DNA of 64,000 nucleotides from Eledone cirrhosa (taxonomy: Eukaryota), in the NCBI GenBank assembly GCA_964016885.1, contig OZ024740.1, positions 320,602,001-320,666,000 of the forward strand, written 5' to 3'. The notes beneath the pieces were generated by a model. The model was not told where the DNA came from and searched no databases. It saw only the letters and a program-made list of their open reading frames with translations. A program made the position numbers and the translations under genes. Below are positions 23,201 to 36,398 of the stretch, one piece after another; position 1 is the first letter of the stretch, and each line of letters opens with the position of its first letter.

Positions 23201-26200
23201 TGGGTTTCACTAACATTCTCCAATCGCACGAGGGCTGACTCAACTGAGCCACAACTTTCTTCTAAGCAAGCTGCATAAAAAATATCCATCCTTACATTAT
23301 ATACATGGAAAATTTGAACGGTTTTATAGTTTTGTGCTACATATTGAAATTTATAAATTAAAGAAAATCATTTTCTCAACTATTATCTAGTGGCTGATTA
23401 TTATTATTATGATCATATGCATTGGGCATACACATTTTAAAGTTCAAATAAAAACAAAATCATTAAACACGAAAAATACTCAACATGTAAAAAACCCAAC
23501 AATTAAATGCTAACCTAAAATATACCAGTTGTAGACAGTAATAGTACAGAATGTTTGTGTTAGTTCAAAAGGATTTAATTATTATATCATTAAACATCAT
23601 GCATCATTGTTTTTATGTCAACTTTCCTAAACTGGCATGGATTGGACGGGACTTTTTTGAGGCAACATTTTACAGCCAGATGTCCTTTCTAACACCAACC
23701 TTTTTAGTTACTTCATATGACATGCAGGGATAGGGTGCAAAATTCTAAACCAGATACACATGGTTATGTATGAACATTTTAAAATAGGCAGTTTTATATC
23801 AAAAGAATCACAGTTAGGGGTGGGCTAATATCAAAAGGGTTAAGCATAGCAATTTGTCTACCTATTTGTCAATCTTTATAGGGCCCCAATGGGGAAGTGG
23901 ATCTCTTATTGCCCTAAATATGAAAAGGAGGCAACAACAGCAATATTTAACATTGACTTCAATCTTTAGTTTGGCTAATGCTGTAACATAACCAATTTAA
24001 TTTTCAGCAAAGCATTGGTAATAACTAGAAGCTTAGCAGAGAGATTCTCAATCCATGATATAGATGGTATGGGAGCTTTTTGTCATGACACCTGTATGGT
24101 GGACTGGGTGTTTTTTGTTGTGGCACTAGCATGACCACTTTACAGAGTGGACTAGATGCTTTTTGTTGCAGCACCTCCATGACTACCTTACAGAGTGGAC
24201 TGTGTGCTTTTTGTTGTGGCATTATCATGATTATTTTACAAATTGGACTGGATAGTTTTTTTTTTTTTTATCATAGCACGAGTATAACCTCCTCGGAGGG
24301 TGGACTAGGTACTTTTTGTTGTGGCACCAGCACTACCACCTTACAAGGAAAAATAGTGCTTTTTTGTCATAGCACCAATATAACTACCTTACAAGCTGGC
24401 TTGGGTGCTTTCTGTCATGGCAGCAGCACTTCCATAATACAGAGTGAACTGGGAGCTTTCTGTCATTTCAAAGAATGATAAACATTGGAATTTTGCTTAC
24501 CCAATAAATCAGTCAAATTCTGCAAAACACCTAAGAAACTTGGAAGACTTTTGACTTCTCTATAAAATCCAGTTAAATTGTTACAGTTCTTTTTTATATC
24601 TCCATATATAATTTGGATTTCACGGTCCAATGACTGCAGAAATGACAAAAAAATAGCAAAGTTCAAACAAAATAATAATAATAATATAAACATTTTAAGA
24701 ATTGATCTAAAACAGGTAGGCAAATGTTTCATTTTTCCATGCTAGCATGGGTTAGACGAGTTGTCCATTTGAGGTAAGTCAGATTAGATGAGCATGATTT
24801 GCTCACACAGAACTGTTTTGGGTTTGATTTCTATGGCTGGATGCCTTTCCTAATGCCAACCACATTTACAGTGTGGGCTTTTTGCCATGACACCTACAGG
24901 ACCACTTCATAATGTGGACAGGGTGCTTTTTGATGTGTCACTAAAATTACCACATTACAGTGTGGACTGGGTGCTTTTTGTCATGATACCAACATGACCA
25001 TTTTACAGTGTGGGCTGGGAGGTTTTTGTCATGATACCAACACAACCAATTTACAGTGTGGGTGCCAACTAAATTAATAAGATAAAAAGGTTTATTGTTT
25101 ATAACGTGTCTGTTTTGGTTTCTGAAAGTTGATGGCAAAATAAATTTCTGTATATATTTGAATATAAGCCGACCCCCACCCTGTATTTTATGTCTGAGAA
25201 ATAAACAAAAATCCAATTGTAAGCTGAGGCCGTTAATCAATACATTGTTTAGATGGCATATATAAGCTAACCTCCACCCCCATTTTACTGTTAATTCTTT
25301 GGTCACATATTCCTTAGCTTATATTCAAGTATATAGGGTTCATGCTTTCCTTTCAGAAGAAATATATGAATGATGAAAAGTTTTAGGAAAATATTCTTGA
25401 GCAAGAGAACAATCTATTTTCTACACAAAACTCAATAATAAAAGAAGGAATTCCATTACCTCAGCTTTTTTGGCATTTTCTTCATTGGCTTTCTGTATAT
25501 CTTTCCATAATAATTGATACCTGAAAGTAGTGTCAGGTTTTTTTTATCACAGAAATTTCTGATTGATGGGCAACCCTATTTATAAACAAACATCATTAAA
25601 CTCTCTCAACTGCCTTAAAGTATTTTAACTTATTATTCAACTAAACTGAACAAACCAAATAGTTTAACCCTTTAAACACCAATCCACCTGAAACAGCCTC
25701 TAATTTAAACTCCAATCTTGAACTGAAATCTCATTATTACATGACAGATAATATTAGATTTCAGTAGTTAAATATGTCTTTATTATTAAATTGAAAGGTG
25801 GTGGATTGGCAGTATCAGTAGAGCATCGGACACCATTTTTTTGCAGCATAGAGTTATGTCTCTTTACATTCTGAATTCAAATCCCACCGAAGTTAGCTTT
25901 GCCTTTGATCTTTATGGGGTCGATAAAATAAAGTACTAGTAATAGACAGAAATCAATTTAATTGACTTTTCCCTCCCCACAAATTGTTGGCCTTGTGCCT
26001 AAATCAGAAACCATTAAGTTGAAAGTTAGTTATTTCACTAAACCTCTCATATTGATTATTTTGATGATTAGAACACAAAGGCAGTTAGAAATATGGTAAC
26101 AAAAGGGTTAATATAATGTCAATTGCATAGTTTGAACTCATGATGTGTTGGCTAGCTTTGAATTAGTCATTTATCTTGTTAACCCTTTACTTACCAAACC

Positions 26201-29200
26201 AGCCAAAACTGGCTCTGGTTCTACAAAATAAAATCACCCATTTTAAAGGTTTCCTGTTTAAATTAAAATCTTCCAACATAATTTTTATACTACTAAAACT
26301 CTGTGATTGCTTGCTTGTCTGTAATGTAATACAGTCAAAAGGGCACACAAAGGGAAAATACATTGAAAGGAAGTTGACCCTGAAATGGGAATACAAATGG
26401 AATAAAACAAGTTTCGCGTAAATCAGAGCACGGGTTCCCGAGATACAGGGTTTTTCCAGGTACCTTCATAAATAGAGAGAGAGAAAGAAAATGGAAGAGA
26501 GAGGAAGCTGAGGTGTTGTTGAATGAAATTATAACCAGTGACTTCAAAGAAACAAATACAGCATTACTGTATCCTACTAAATAGAAAGGGCTTCTAAGTG
26601 TGTGTGTGTGTCTGTGATCGGTGTATATATAGGTCACAGACACCTGCATATATATATATATATATGGGCCTTCCAATTTCATTTTACATTATATACATAT
26701 CTGTGTATATTTTAATTATTCAAAAATTATTTTTAAGTGAACGTGACCCAACGGGTCACGGGTGGTCTAGTTTTATATAAAAACCTTACATTAAGTTACT
26801 ATCTTAGTAATGAAATAATTAATAATTTTCGTAAATTCTTCAGTAATTAATTAAAATAGAGTGTATTTCATTAGAAATGCAATCATGAAAGGGTTAAAAA
26901 ATATCATTTTGCTTCTACATATTCACCCAAATTCCCTAATGGCAATGTGTGTATATTCCCTAAAAGGTATACCTCCAGGAATGTGTTTTATCCCTTTTTT
27001 ATAACTGATATCAAAAAAATTAATATAACAAATTACAATGCATCTTAGAAGTAATTAACTCTATCTAATGATATAGAGTTTAAAAATTTCAAATACACAG
27101 ATTTGTTTTTACATGTATTTTTTAAATCATCATCATATAATGTCCCCTTTCTCTGCTAGGAAAAGTTGGATGGGTTGTTACAAATCAAGTCAATACCTAA
27201 TTAATGCAACTGACTTCTCAGATGGGTTGGAGGCCCACTGCACCCTTACATATACTTTTCTGCCTTTTATAAAGTGGCACCAGCACTAGGGAAGTTGTTA
27301 TGTCTTTGATATAATATAAGAGCCCTCTGGACTCTTTGTTTGGTAAGTTTTCAATGGCTGGATGCTTTTCCTATCACCAACCACTTTACAGAGTGTACTG
27401 GGTCTAATTAATCTTGGCACCATCACTAGAGAAGTTGTCATGTCATTGAAACAACTAAAAAGTTCTCTCAATCCTTTGTAAGTTTTCTATGGCTAGATGC
27501 CCTTTCTATCGCCAACCACTTTACAGAGTGTACTGGGTCCAATTCATCATGGTACCAGTACTAAGGAGGTTGTCCTTGAAACAATTAAAAAGTACTTTCA
27601 ATGCCCTTCCTAATGCCAACCACCTTACAGGGTGTACTAGGTACATTTTTCATAGCACTGGCACAAGAGATGCTGTCAGTCATTGACTCAACAGAAGAGC
27701 CCTATCTACTCTATGGGGTGGGGGTGATGATGACCTGTTTCAAGTGAGACATATTTAGGTGGGAGGGAGGGAAGCAGTAATACTGATGATAAATATATAA
27801 ACAAAGAGGCTACTTGAAGCTATAAAAGTTGAATGCTGTTTGTACATACTTGTATAGAAGATCAGCTCCTGCATCATAGTTTGCATGTTCTATTGGTTTC
27901 ACTTTCTTAACAGGGGTCAGAACCTCTTGACTTTTGATGAGGTTGATTCTGTTGAAGAGAAAGAATATAATTAGTCAAAGCTATATTATTCAGATACAGC
28001 TAAAATCTAGATTTGTGAAATTTGTTAAGGAAATTCACTATTAAGGTAATAGTTGCTTTAGAAACAGAGTAGCTTAAAAATACCATCAACCATTCAAAAT
28101 ACCTCTGAAGCTCACTCTTTACCTGTTCCTCCTTCAACTACTGATCTTTAAATGTTCAAGCTAAAATATAAACATTACTCCATTGTTCCTAGCACAAATT
28201 TTCAAGACTAACTTTTCAGATTGAATTATTTAAAAAAAAAGAATATGGTCTTATATGTTTATAATGAATTTCTTTCACACACATATATATACACAGCATT
28301 AAAAAAATTTATATGGGGTAGATGACCCACACACTGAATCACACACATCTAGCTATCTATCCATCACCTTTAGGTGAGAAAGCAAGCACTACTTCACACC
28401 AATAGTTTCTGTTTCCCATCAACGTTTGTAGGTCATTCTTGTCAATTCCAGTATCTTTTGTTAAGGTATCCTGATAACTGGGCTTTCTGGTAGAGAAGAT
28501 CTCCTACAACAAGAAAGAGGTTTGAAACCATCTCATCTTTTGCACAGAAGCAGTGACCAGCAAACATTGTATGATGGTCAATCAGTCACGTACTTACTTT
28601 TGGGATTTTATATCTGATTAAGCATGGGATGGGTCTGCCAAGGAATATTTTGAGCCTTCCTTAGAAGGGTAGTGTTACAACCATCTAAATGGCTTTGTAA
28701 ACACCTCAACAAGGGGTGCTGGAATTTCCTTCTAATAATTTTTGAGGCAAGCCAACACACTAGCAACATTGCCGTAGATGATAGCAAGGCTAAGAACACT
28801 GGAATAACAAAGTATCATTGATTATTTTCAACATTATTTGAAAATCAGAGGCAGTGTCTTTCCTTAAAACTATGATAACGAAAGGGTTAAGTCCAATTAT
28901 TTTGAATGGGGATCTGATATTTAATATATACTGTTATTGTTTAGCTCTATATTAGTGATGATTAAACAGACCTAAGATCAAGGGGGTTCCATTATTGACC
29001 ATCCTGTCATTTGTAAATCAGGGAGTGCATTATTCACTGTATCCTTCAGTTTTTTAAGATGGTAGGATATGATTTGGAAGAGATTTGGCCGCTATTTTTA
29101 ACAAGCTGAGCAGCCACATAGAAATTCCCTTATATGAATTAAGTTTTACTCAGCCCTATAAGTAGACCAATGGCCAGTGAATATATGGTGTGAGGTGGGG

Positions 29201-30338
29201 GTATACACACACAGTGGTTGGTGATAGGAGGGGCATCCAGCAGTAGAAACCTAGTCAAACAAAGGGTTAGGAAGACCCTCGGTTGTGTCAAAGACATGAT
29301 AACCTCTCCTGTGCACTTGGTGGAATATGAGACCATACATAAATGAGATAATAAACTCCTAGCCTGTCTGGGAGGTCCATAGCCCCACTTCAGTATTGAC
29401 TTGGAGATCAGTAGTTGGTTCTGCTTCAGTACTGATTTGGTCTGTATGGACCTGTCTAATCCTTGCTAGCAGGGAAAGTGAACGTTAAAACGATGATGAT
29501 GATATATACCATCTCATATTCTTGTGCTTGTTTCAGTAGACTGCAGCCATGTTGATTTAGTCACTCATATTGACTCCTGTACTTGTTTTTCAAGGATGAT
29601 GGAGAGGACAATAGAGAGTTGGGAACTGATCAGGACTAAAGTATTTTCTGGTCATAAAGAGAAATTCTAGCCTTTGTGATACACTTTTGGCAATGTTATG
29701 CCTGTAAGTTCACCATGAGATATCAAGATATCAGAATGTTTGAGTTGTTCAATTATGAAGTTATTGTGCAAGTGGTTGAGCATTCCACAAATACTTATAG
29801 CTTTAACTTAATTCCCAGAGAGATTCAGTATGACTCAGTGACTAACAAGCCTGGCTCTTTGAATTACATTTTTGCTAGCTATGTTGATTGGAACAACTTA
29901 AAATGTCTTGCTCAAGCACACCCTGGGAATCAAAATTGCAGTCTTTTCAATCATGATCCAAACACCCTAACTACTAAGCCATGTGTGCCTTCACACATAT
30001 TCACATGAAGAGAGAGGCGGGAGAGAGACGGGGAGTGAAGGATGGATGATGTTTTGCAACTGAAATACTAAGAGTAGGGGCAGAAAATCTTTACAGAGTG
30101 TGCGGTAGAATACCGTTACCTTGATATGCATTGCAACTAAGTGTTTAAGCTTTTGTCATGTCTACATTGAAAGACATAAAGATCTCTGTTCATAGAGTTT
30201 GTGTATGGCATGAGATGTTTAGTCGTCTGTGTGCAGAAGGTTAAGATTGAATGAAGTATCGTTTACAGAGGAGAGAGTGCTTTTAAAACTGACATATTCT
30301 TTTACTTGCTTTTATTCTTTTACTGTTTACCTGTTTTG

Positions 30339-30370
<32 letters not shown>

Positions 30371-30595
30371 GTTGTTATGAAGGGCATCCAACCAGTGTAT
30401 TAATGCCAAAACAATTATGAGCACAACAAATATATACAATTGGCTTCTGTCGAGCAAATTTCACTTGCAAATGCGCTGGTCAACCCGAAGCCATTAGAGA
30501 AAATACTATGTGATTACGAAGGAATCTCTTCAACCACACAGCCAGGTATATATACACTGATGATGTCACGATGTGTGTGATGAAAGAACTTTGAT

Positions 30596-30663
<68 letters not shown>

Positions 30664-33138
30664 AGTTATATATATACTATATACTCTATACTCCAGAGCA
30701 TCCTGGACACAATATAGATAGCATGTGCAGCATCAGTGCCACGGAAGCGGGAAAAATAACCACCCCAAAAGTGCAATCTGGGAAACTTCAGCGGTCCGAC
30801 TTGCCAGGAAAGAACGTCGGAACGCTGAACGGGAATATAAACTGCATAGATCAGATGCCAACAGAAAAAAGCGGAATAAATCTTCTAACCATCTCAAGCA
30901 AGTGACAAAGAAGGCAGTGCTTGAATTTGAACAGTGCATTGCAAACAATCCTGACAGTAAGGTGTTCTGGAAATATGTTCATTCAAAGCAGAGACCTCAC
31001 TCTCCAGTTGGTCCTCTTCGCAATCCCCACACAAGCCAGATCACTGACGATCCCAAGGAATGCGCAGAACTCATTGCTGAGTGCTATGCAAGTATTTTTA
31101 CTGTTGAAAACCAGAATGTACCATCTCCACCATCTCTAACATCAAATTCCATAACAACTATGGAATTTACACCTGCAATGTTGCGACGTCACCTTAAGAA
31201 TAAGCGCAACTATGCCTCCCCTGGTATTGATGGTGTGACATACCTGCTTCTCAAACGTGGCGGGTATTTCCTTTTACACCAGCTTTCTTTCTTCTTTCAA
31301 TACTGTCTCAACAATGGTGCTACTCCGGAGCAGTGGAAAACTGCCAGTGTCATTCCCCTGTTCAAAAAGGGCAACCGCATGTCACCTGTCAACTATCGTC
31401 CAGTCAGTCTTACTAGCTGTATGGCCAAACTGATGGAATCCTGTGTCAGAGAAACACTTTGGAACTTCTGGAGCTCTCACAGCCTCATCCGGCCCTCACA
31501 GTTTGGATTTATCCCTAACTCCAGTTGCTGTGATCAGCTTATCGAGTTCCTTGAGGACATCGCCCGGATCACTGACAGCGGCTCATGGGTAGATGTTGTT
31601 TACCTTGACTTTGCTAAGGCTTTTAATTCTGTGCCACACAAAAGACTTATGGCAAAACTCTCTGCAATGGGTGTGAGGGATGATCTTTTCGACTGGTTGA
31701 AATCCTTCATTCTCAGCCGAAAAGAAGTAGTCACGGTTCTAGGACAGCATTCTTCACCATATGAGATGTCATCTGGTGTACCACAGGGATCTGTTCTTGG
31801 TCCTCTTTTGTTTGTGGCATATATTAACGACATAGATGCCAACTTACAGAATGCCACGGTACTAAAATATGCAGATGACATCAAGCTTTACCTTGAAATC
31901 AAAAGGACTGATCCTGAAATTTACAACTCTTTCCTACAATCAGACCTGGACACAATGCAGCAATGGATCACAGACTGGCAACTGAAGCTGGCTGTGGACA
32001 AGTGTACCACCATGCATTTTGGAAGGAAAAATCCAGCGTCCACATACTCCCTCCACAACACTGATATCAAAAAGTCCTCTTGTGAACGTGACCTGGGCAT
32101 TACTGTCAGCAACGATTTGCGTTGGACAAAGCATGTCTCTAAGATTGTCAAGAAGGCCGAGGGTGTCTTGGCATCACTCAGCAAGACCTTTGTTAGCCGC
32201 TCTCCAGCCATCTATTTAAAACTGTATACAGCTATGGTACGACCACACTTGGAATTCGCATCATCAGTCTGGAACCCCTATCTTGCTCAGAACATTGACC
32301 TCCTGGAAACTGTTCAGAGACGTGCAACCAAGCGCATACCCTCCATCAGACACCTACCATACTCTGAACGCCTTGCTTCCCTGGGCATGGATTCATTGAA
32401 GCTCCGACGTCTGGCAATGGACTTGGTGAATACCCACAAAGTTTTTAACCATCTCGCCAATTGCAACCCTGAGCGCCTCTTTGATCTCCATGTGTCTAAC
32501 ACACGTGGACATGCCTACAAGATCAGAAAACAGCACAGCTCCCATGACTTTCGTAGACATTTTTTCACGCTCAGAGTTGCTGAAGCATGGAACAAACTGC
32601 CTGCGTCAATTGTTAGCTGCCGAGACACTGCATCCTTTAAGACACTCATGCTTCCCGAAATACGCCAAAACTACACCTGATGTACCCCTTCCATACACAT
32701 GCACACATGTGTGTATCATGACTCGTGCACTGTTCATTTTACTGATGTTTGTGCATTGCCCTATGTACTGTACATGCACTTTTTTGATGAGTTGTGGTGC
32801 ACCTGGGTACTGTACACAATATTTCATTATTGTTATTGTATCAGGACTCGTACACTGTTCATTTTCCTGACATTTGTACATTATTCTATGTACTATACAT
32901 GCACCTTTGATGAGTTGTAGTGCACCTGAGCACTGTACACAATAATTTCATTATTATTATTATTATATATAGTCAAAGTTATATATATTTATATCTGTAT
33001 TTTTAACCGATAAATTTTTGCCAGATAAATTAACTATGGGGATATAAAAGATACAGAAGCGAAATCCAATCCAAAACAGTGAGTGTGTTTTATTATTATG
33101 ACTGGCAATATTATAACAATATGACCCTCCCCAAGTAT

Positions 33139-33190
<52 letters not shown>

Positions 33191-33268
33191 CTTACAAAAG
33201 ATGGGTAGGGTTCTACGTGCGTCACAGATATTGCAATATCGGCAACAGGTACAAAACGCCGTAGTCAT

Positions 33269-33317
<49 letters not shown>

Positions 33318-35174
33318 CTATGCATGAAGCTAATTCCTAATTATTATATTTGGGGATGGTCACGCATATATATATACTTTTACGTCTGCTTTCCACGTTG
33401 GCATGGGTTGGACCGGTTGTCTTGATCCGAGAACAGGAGGATCGGGGCGAACTCATCCTGCTCATAGACTTTATATATATACGAGAGAGAGAAGAAGACT
33501 ACTTTCGTTAAATTCTATTTGTTTAGACAAATGCCAGGCCTGATTGAGCAGACATACTGTCAAAGATGTTCTAACCTGGGTCGTCTTGTCTTTTAAGAGA
33601 TATTTCGAACTTCATTAGCGAACGTGTCCGACCCATCCACACTTTTTTTTTTCGAGATGGTTGGCTGGTATTTCTAGCAGGTCGAGTGGCAAGTCTCCTA
33701 CGTTTCAAATTCTAGTTAATATTTGGGGTTTTATTTAATTAGTTACACCGGTTATTTACAAAACGTTTTACTATATTGTCAGTTGTGTTCTGTTATAATA
33801 GATACTCCAAATATTGATGTACTCGATATCGTCAAAGATACCTTATTTATATTAGAAACAAGAAACAATATGAATTCAACTTACTCTATTCTTGCACTTT
33901 CTTGAATCCTATCTAATACATTTTTTCTATCCATTTTCTCCTTACTATTGTATTTTTAATGTCATTACAGAGAGCCTGTTTGACTACGAAGTTATCTTAT
34001 GAATAACGGGAGTCAATATTGTTGTTACTGTGTTGTATCGATTCGTTCACCGGAGGCGACAAAATGGAAAATGCCAAAAGTGGACATTCGTCAGCAAATA
34101 ATTATTTATGGAAACAACTATTTCAGACGCTATTATAGTTTCGCTTTTCGCCTAACAATTTCACTTTTTACACGTCTAAGCTTTGGCTTTGCGGCCACTC
34201 GTAATAACTTAAATCACACACTACAGTCTTTAAAAAAAAAAAAAAAGGAAACACGTTGCATAATGTATGCATTAATATACAAGACGATGAGATGGTCCCG
34301 GCTGGAACGTTTATCATACGTCTGCTCATTCGGCGCTGACCTGGGGCTAAACAGCACATCGCTAACACCCCCAACTAAATGAATTAGCACTTTAATGTCA
34401 CAAAGGATAAAGATTAATGGCAACTCGGTTCCAAAAATATATAAAAGCTACATCAGTAAATAAATTGAATCCACATAAATTCAGCAAGATAGTCCTCGGT
34501 CAGAAAACCCCTTGTTCTATTCAAAACCTTAAACTGATATTTTGTCAGCGATGTTGTCTTTGTTATTTAGCTCCCTGTCAATTCTGATCGAGCAGACACA
34601 TGATCAAAGGTGTGACAAACAATATTTTTTTGTATCGGGTCCTACATTGAGGTGAGGGTGTAATTTGAGGGAGATTTAGCAGTTATTTCTAGCAGGGCAG
34701 GCGATTCCGTAGAATAAACAAAAGGAGAATTATTTGTGGAAAGGCGAAACTGTTAGGTAAGGTGCAAAAGTGAACTAGTATTCTATATTCTTTGAAAATT
34801 ATACTGTAAACAAACAAGACCAGATTTAAGGCAAGCATGATGTGAAAAACAAAAACAAAACATATTGTGCTAATATAAACATTATCACACTTGTTCTTAT
34901 GTAATTCTAGATTCTACAGAATTCAGTAACAACTAACGCTTCTCCATTCTTATCGACTAAAATAAAATAACTAAAAGATTAATTGATAATACACACCCAC
35001 AAAAACGAAAAGAGGAAATATGTACGGAATACGCGAATTAAGTATATGGAAAAATGAAATTGAATTGCCTGAAACAATCCCAAAATAAAAAATATATTTT
35101 TAGATAGAATACCCAGCTGATAAATCCTGTTGAACAGTGTGGAATTTATCCTTAATCACTTCGAAAACACTCAT
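20283..35174 (-). CDS. DTNBP1: Dysbindin (BLOC-1 subunit), complete 7-exon CDS: 35174-35113, 27948-27850, 25520-25460, 24633-24501, 23270-23115, 21939-21799, 20713-20283
   Basis: Phase-consistent exons give MSVFEVIKDKFHTVQQDLSAG...YDAGADLLYKYQLLWKDIQK...VESALVRLENV...EQLNNYKKKKEEEL...LRERSETFEEAFQNDLDYYRTHGY, then an acidic tail. This parallels recalled human dysbindin motifs (VQQDFTSG, AGLELL, QLENYKKNK, ERQKFFEEAFQQD). Confidence 0.9.
24070..24468. repeat. Degenerate ~43-bp minisatellite; similar units at ~24860-25068
   Basis: Repeating GCTTTTTGTTGTGGCAC...ACCTTACAGAGTGGACTGGGT unit. Confidence 0.8.
25663..26111. mobile_element. Older piggyBac-type MITE family copy with a nested SINE; relatives at ~7890-8128, ~11254-11510, ~14218-14802, ~26178-26897, ~54613-54830
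   Basis: TTAACCCTTT...AAAGGGTTAA ends and shared interior motifs. Confidence 0.65.
26282..26770 (+). mobile_element. Non-autonomous Helitron-type element nested in a piggyBac-like MITE
   Basis: 3' hairpin CGTGACCC-AAC-GGGTCACG (26742-26760) followed by CTAG|T. MITE sequence lies on both sides (~26178-26281 and ~26771-26897). Confidence 0.7.
30600..30659. repeat. (TA)n microsatellite; others at ~5626-5768 (TA/TATG), ~33144-33186, ~33272-33313, ~45957-46022
   Basis: Direct reading. Confidence 0.95.
30690..32963 (+). mobile_element. Young 5'-truncated CR1-clade LINE in dysbindin intron 1 (antisense to the gene); RT ORF 30725-32680 uninterrupted
   Basis: NYRPVSL, QFGF, YLDFAKAF, GVPQGSVLGP, YADD, RPHLEFA, TRGH...FFTLRV...WNKLP; no endonuclease; 3' UTR with an internal ~120-bp duplication and an (ATT)n tail. 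Confidence 0.9.
33530..33700 (+). repeat. Unclassified dispersed repeat; copies at ~15415-15600, ~22195-22310, ~28935-29130, ~34555-34710, ~61305-61380
   Basis: Shared TGAT.GAGCAGAC..ATGATCAAAGG...GCTATTTCTAGCAGG motifs. Confidence 0.55.
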
Positions 35175-35239
35175 TACTGGTTTGTTGTCGTTTTATCAAC
35201 TTGGATATACGTTCATCTTTTATGGCATATGACCTCTTA

Positions 35240-35270
35240 TCACGTGACCAGTTTGCTTAGATCATGTGAC
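35240..35270 (-). promoter_or_regulatory. CLEAR-like E-box (GTCACGTGA) and M-box-like (GTCACATGA) pair in the dysbindin proximal promoter
   Basis: TCACGTGAC at 35240-35248 and TCATGTGAC at 35262-35270, 66-96 bp upstream of the ATG. Confidence 0.6.
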
Positions 35271-35792
35271 AAAGGATTAGTTCTTTTCAAATTTAATTAC
35301 ACAGCTTAATTTTTTTTCCTCACATAGGTACAAATGTTTAAAACATGTGATTGTGTAATATTCGTACGGCTCTTATGAATTGTTTGGAAAACAATGGATT
35401 GAGTAGCCATATGTATGCTACTTAAAGTTGAGGAGGTCCTTAAATCAACTTTAATATGCAATGTGTTTATATAATCTTTTGTTGTCATGATTCAAATTTA
35501 CGAGCAAAGTAAGGAATTATATACCATTACATTAATTAAGTTTCATTGTTTTAATCATCTGAATTGCGTTTAGGGGAAAGGGTGTGTTTGGGCTCACCAA
35601 AAATAAATGGTAAGAAAAGAGTAAATCTTCTTTAGAATGATCACAGTTGAATTGAAAGTAGAGTTAGCACTTCTGTAGTGGTTTCATATAATTGCAAGAC
35701 TTGTTCCATAGCATAGCTAATTAACTGGATATTCCTCAATTTAATACTACTGCCACAATATACATCTGTTAGTCACTCTACCTTGCATTAAC

Positions 35793-36060
35793 TGGTTAGA
35801 AAAAGCTATCTCACTTACCGCTTTTCATAGGCGCCGCTAAATCCCATTGCTGGTTTCTCCTCTTCCACGTGCGTCCAACTCATTAACACCGGGAGCTGCC
35901 AAAACTCGCGTCCACACCGTTCCTGGTCACCACTAGAGAGAGGCCAATCTGCTGGCCCTTCCGGTTGAGCACCCTTCCAGCCAAGCACCCTTCCGATCAA
36001 GCACTCTTCCGGTCGAGCACTCCCCAGCTTCCGGCCACCGCACGCCACACCATACCCACA
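35793..36060 (-). repeat. 3' LTR
   Basis: Two mismatches seen versus 39631-39898; TTAAC on both sides. Confidence 0.9.
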
Positions 36061-36398
36061 TTAACCACATGCAGCTAGATGGATTACACAAAAAACACTT
36101 TTGGTACCGCAATGGGTAGAGAAAATGTTGAGCTCAGATGTGACTACCACTCCTTGACTCTACTGAGAGCTAAGTATCTTGGCAAAGGATACAGTGCAAC
36201 AAAATAATAATGAAAATTATTGTGTACAGTGCTCAGGTACACTACAACTCATCAAAGGTGCATGTATAGTACAAATGTCAGGAAAGTGAACAGTGTATGA
36301 GTTATGATATACACTCAGACACACACATGCGTGCATGTGTATGGAGGAGGAATATCATGTGTAGTGTTGGCAAATTTCAGGAAGCATGGAAGTTTTGA

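Noticed and set aside
24070-24478. CRISPR-like periodic array and 115-aa repetitive ORF
   Set aside because: The units are wholly homologous with no unique spacers, there are no cas genes, the context is a eukaryotic intron, and the ORF is a by-product of the repeat.
35815-36048. 77-aa ORF repeated at 39653-39886
   Set aside because: Lies inside the GC-rich LTR, starts at a non-ATG codon and has no recognisable motif.
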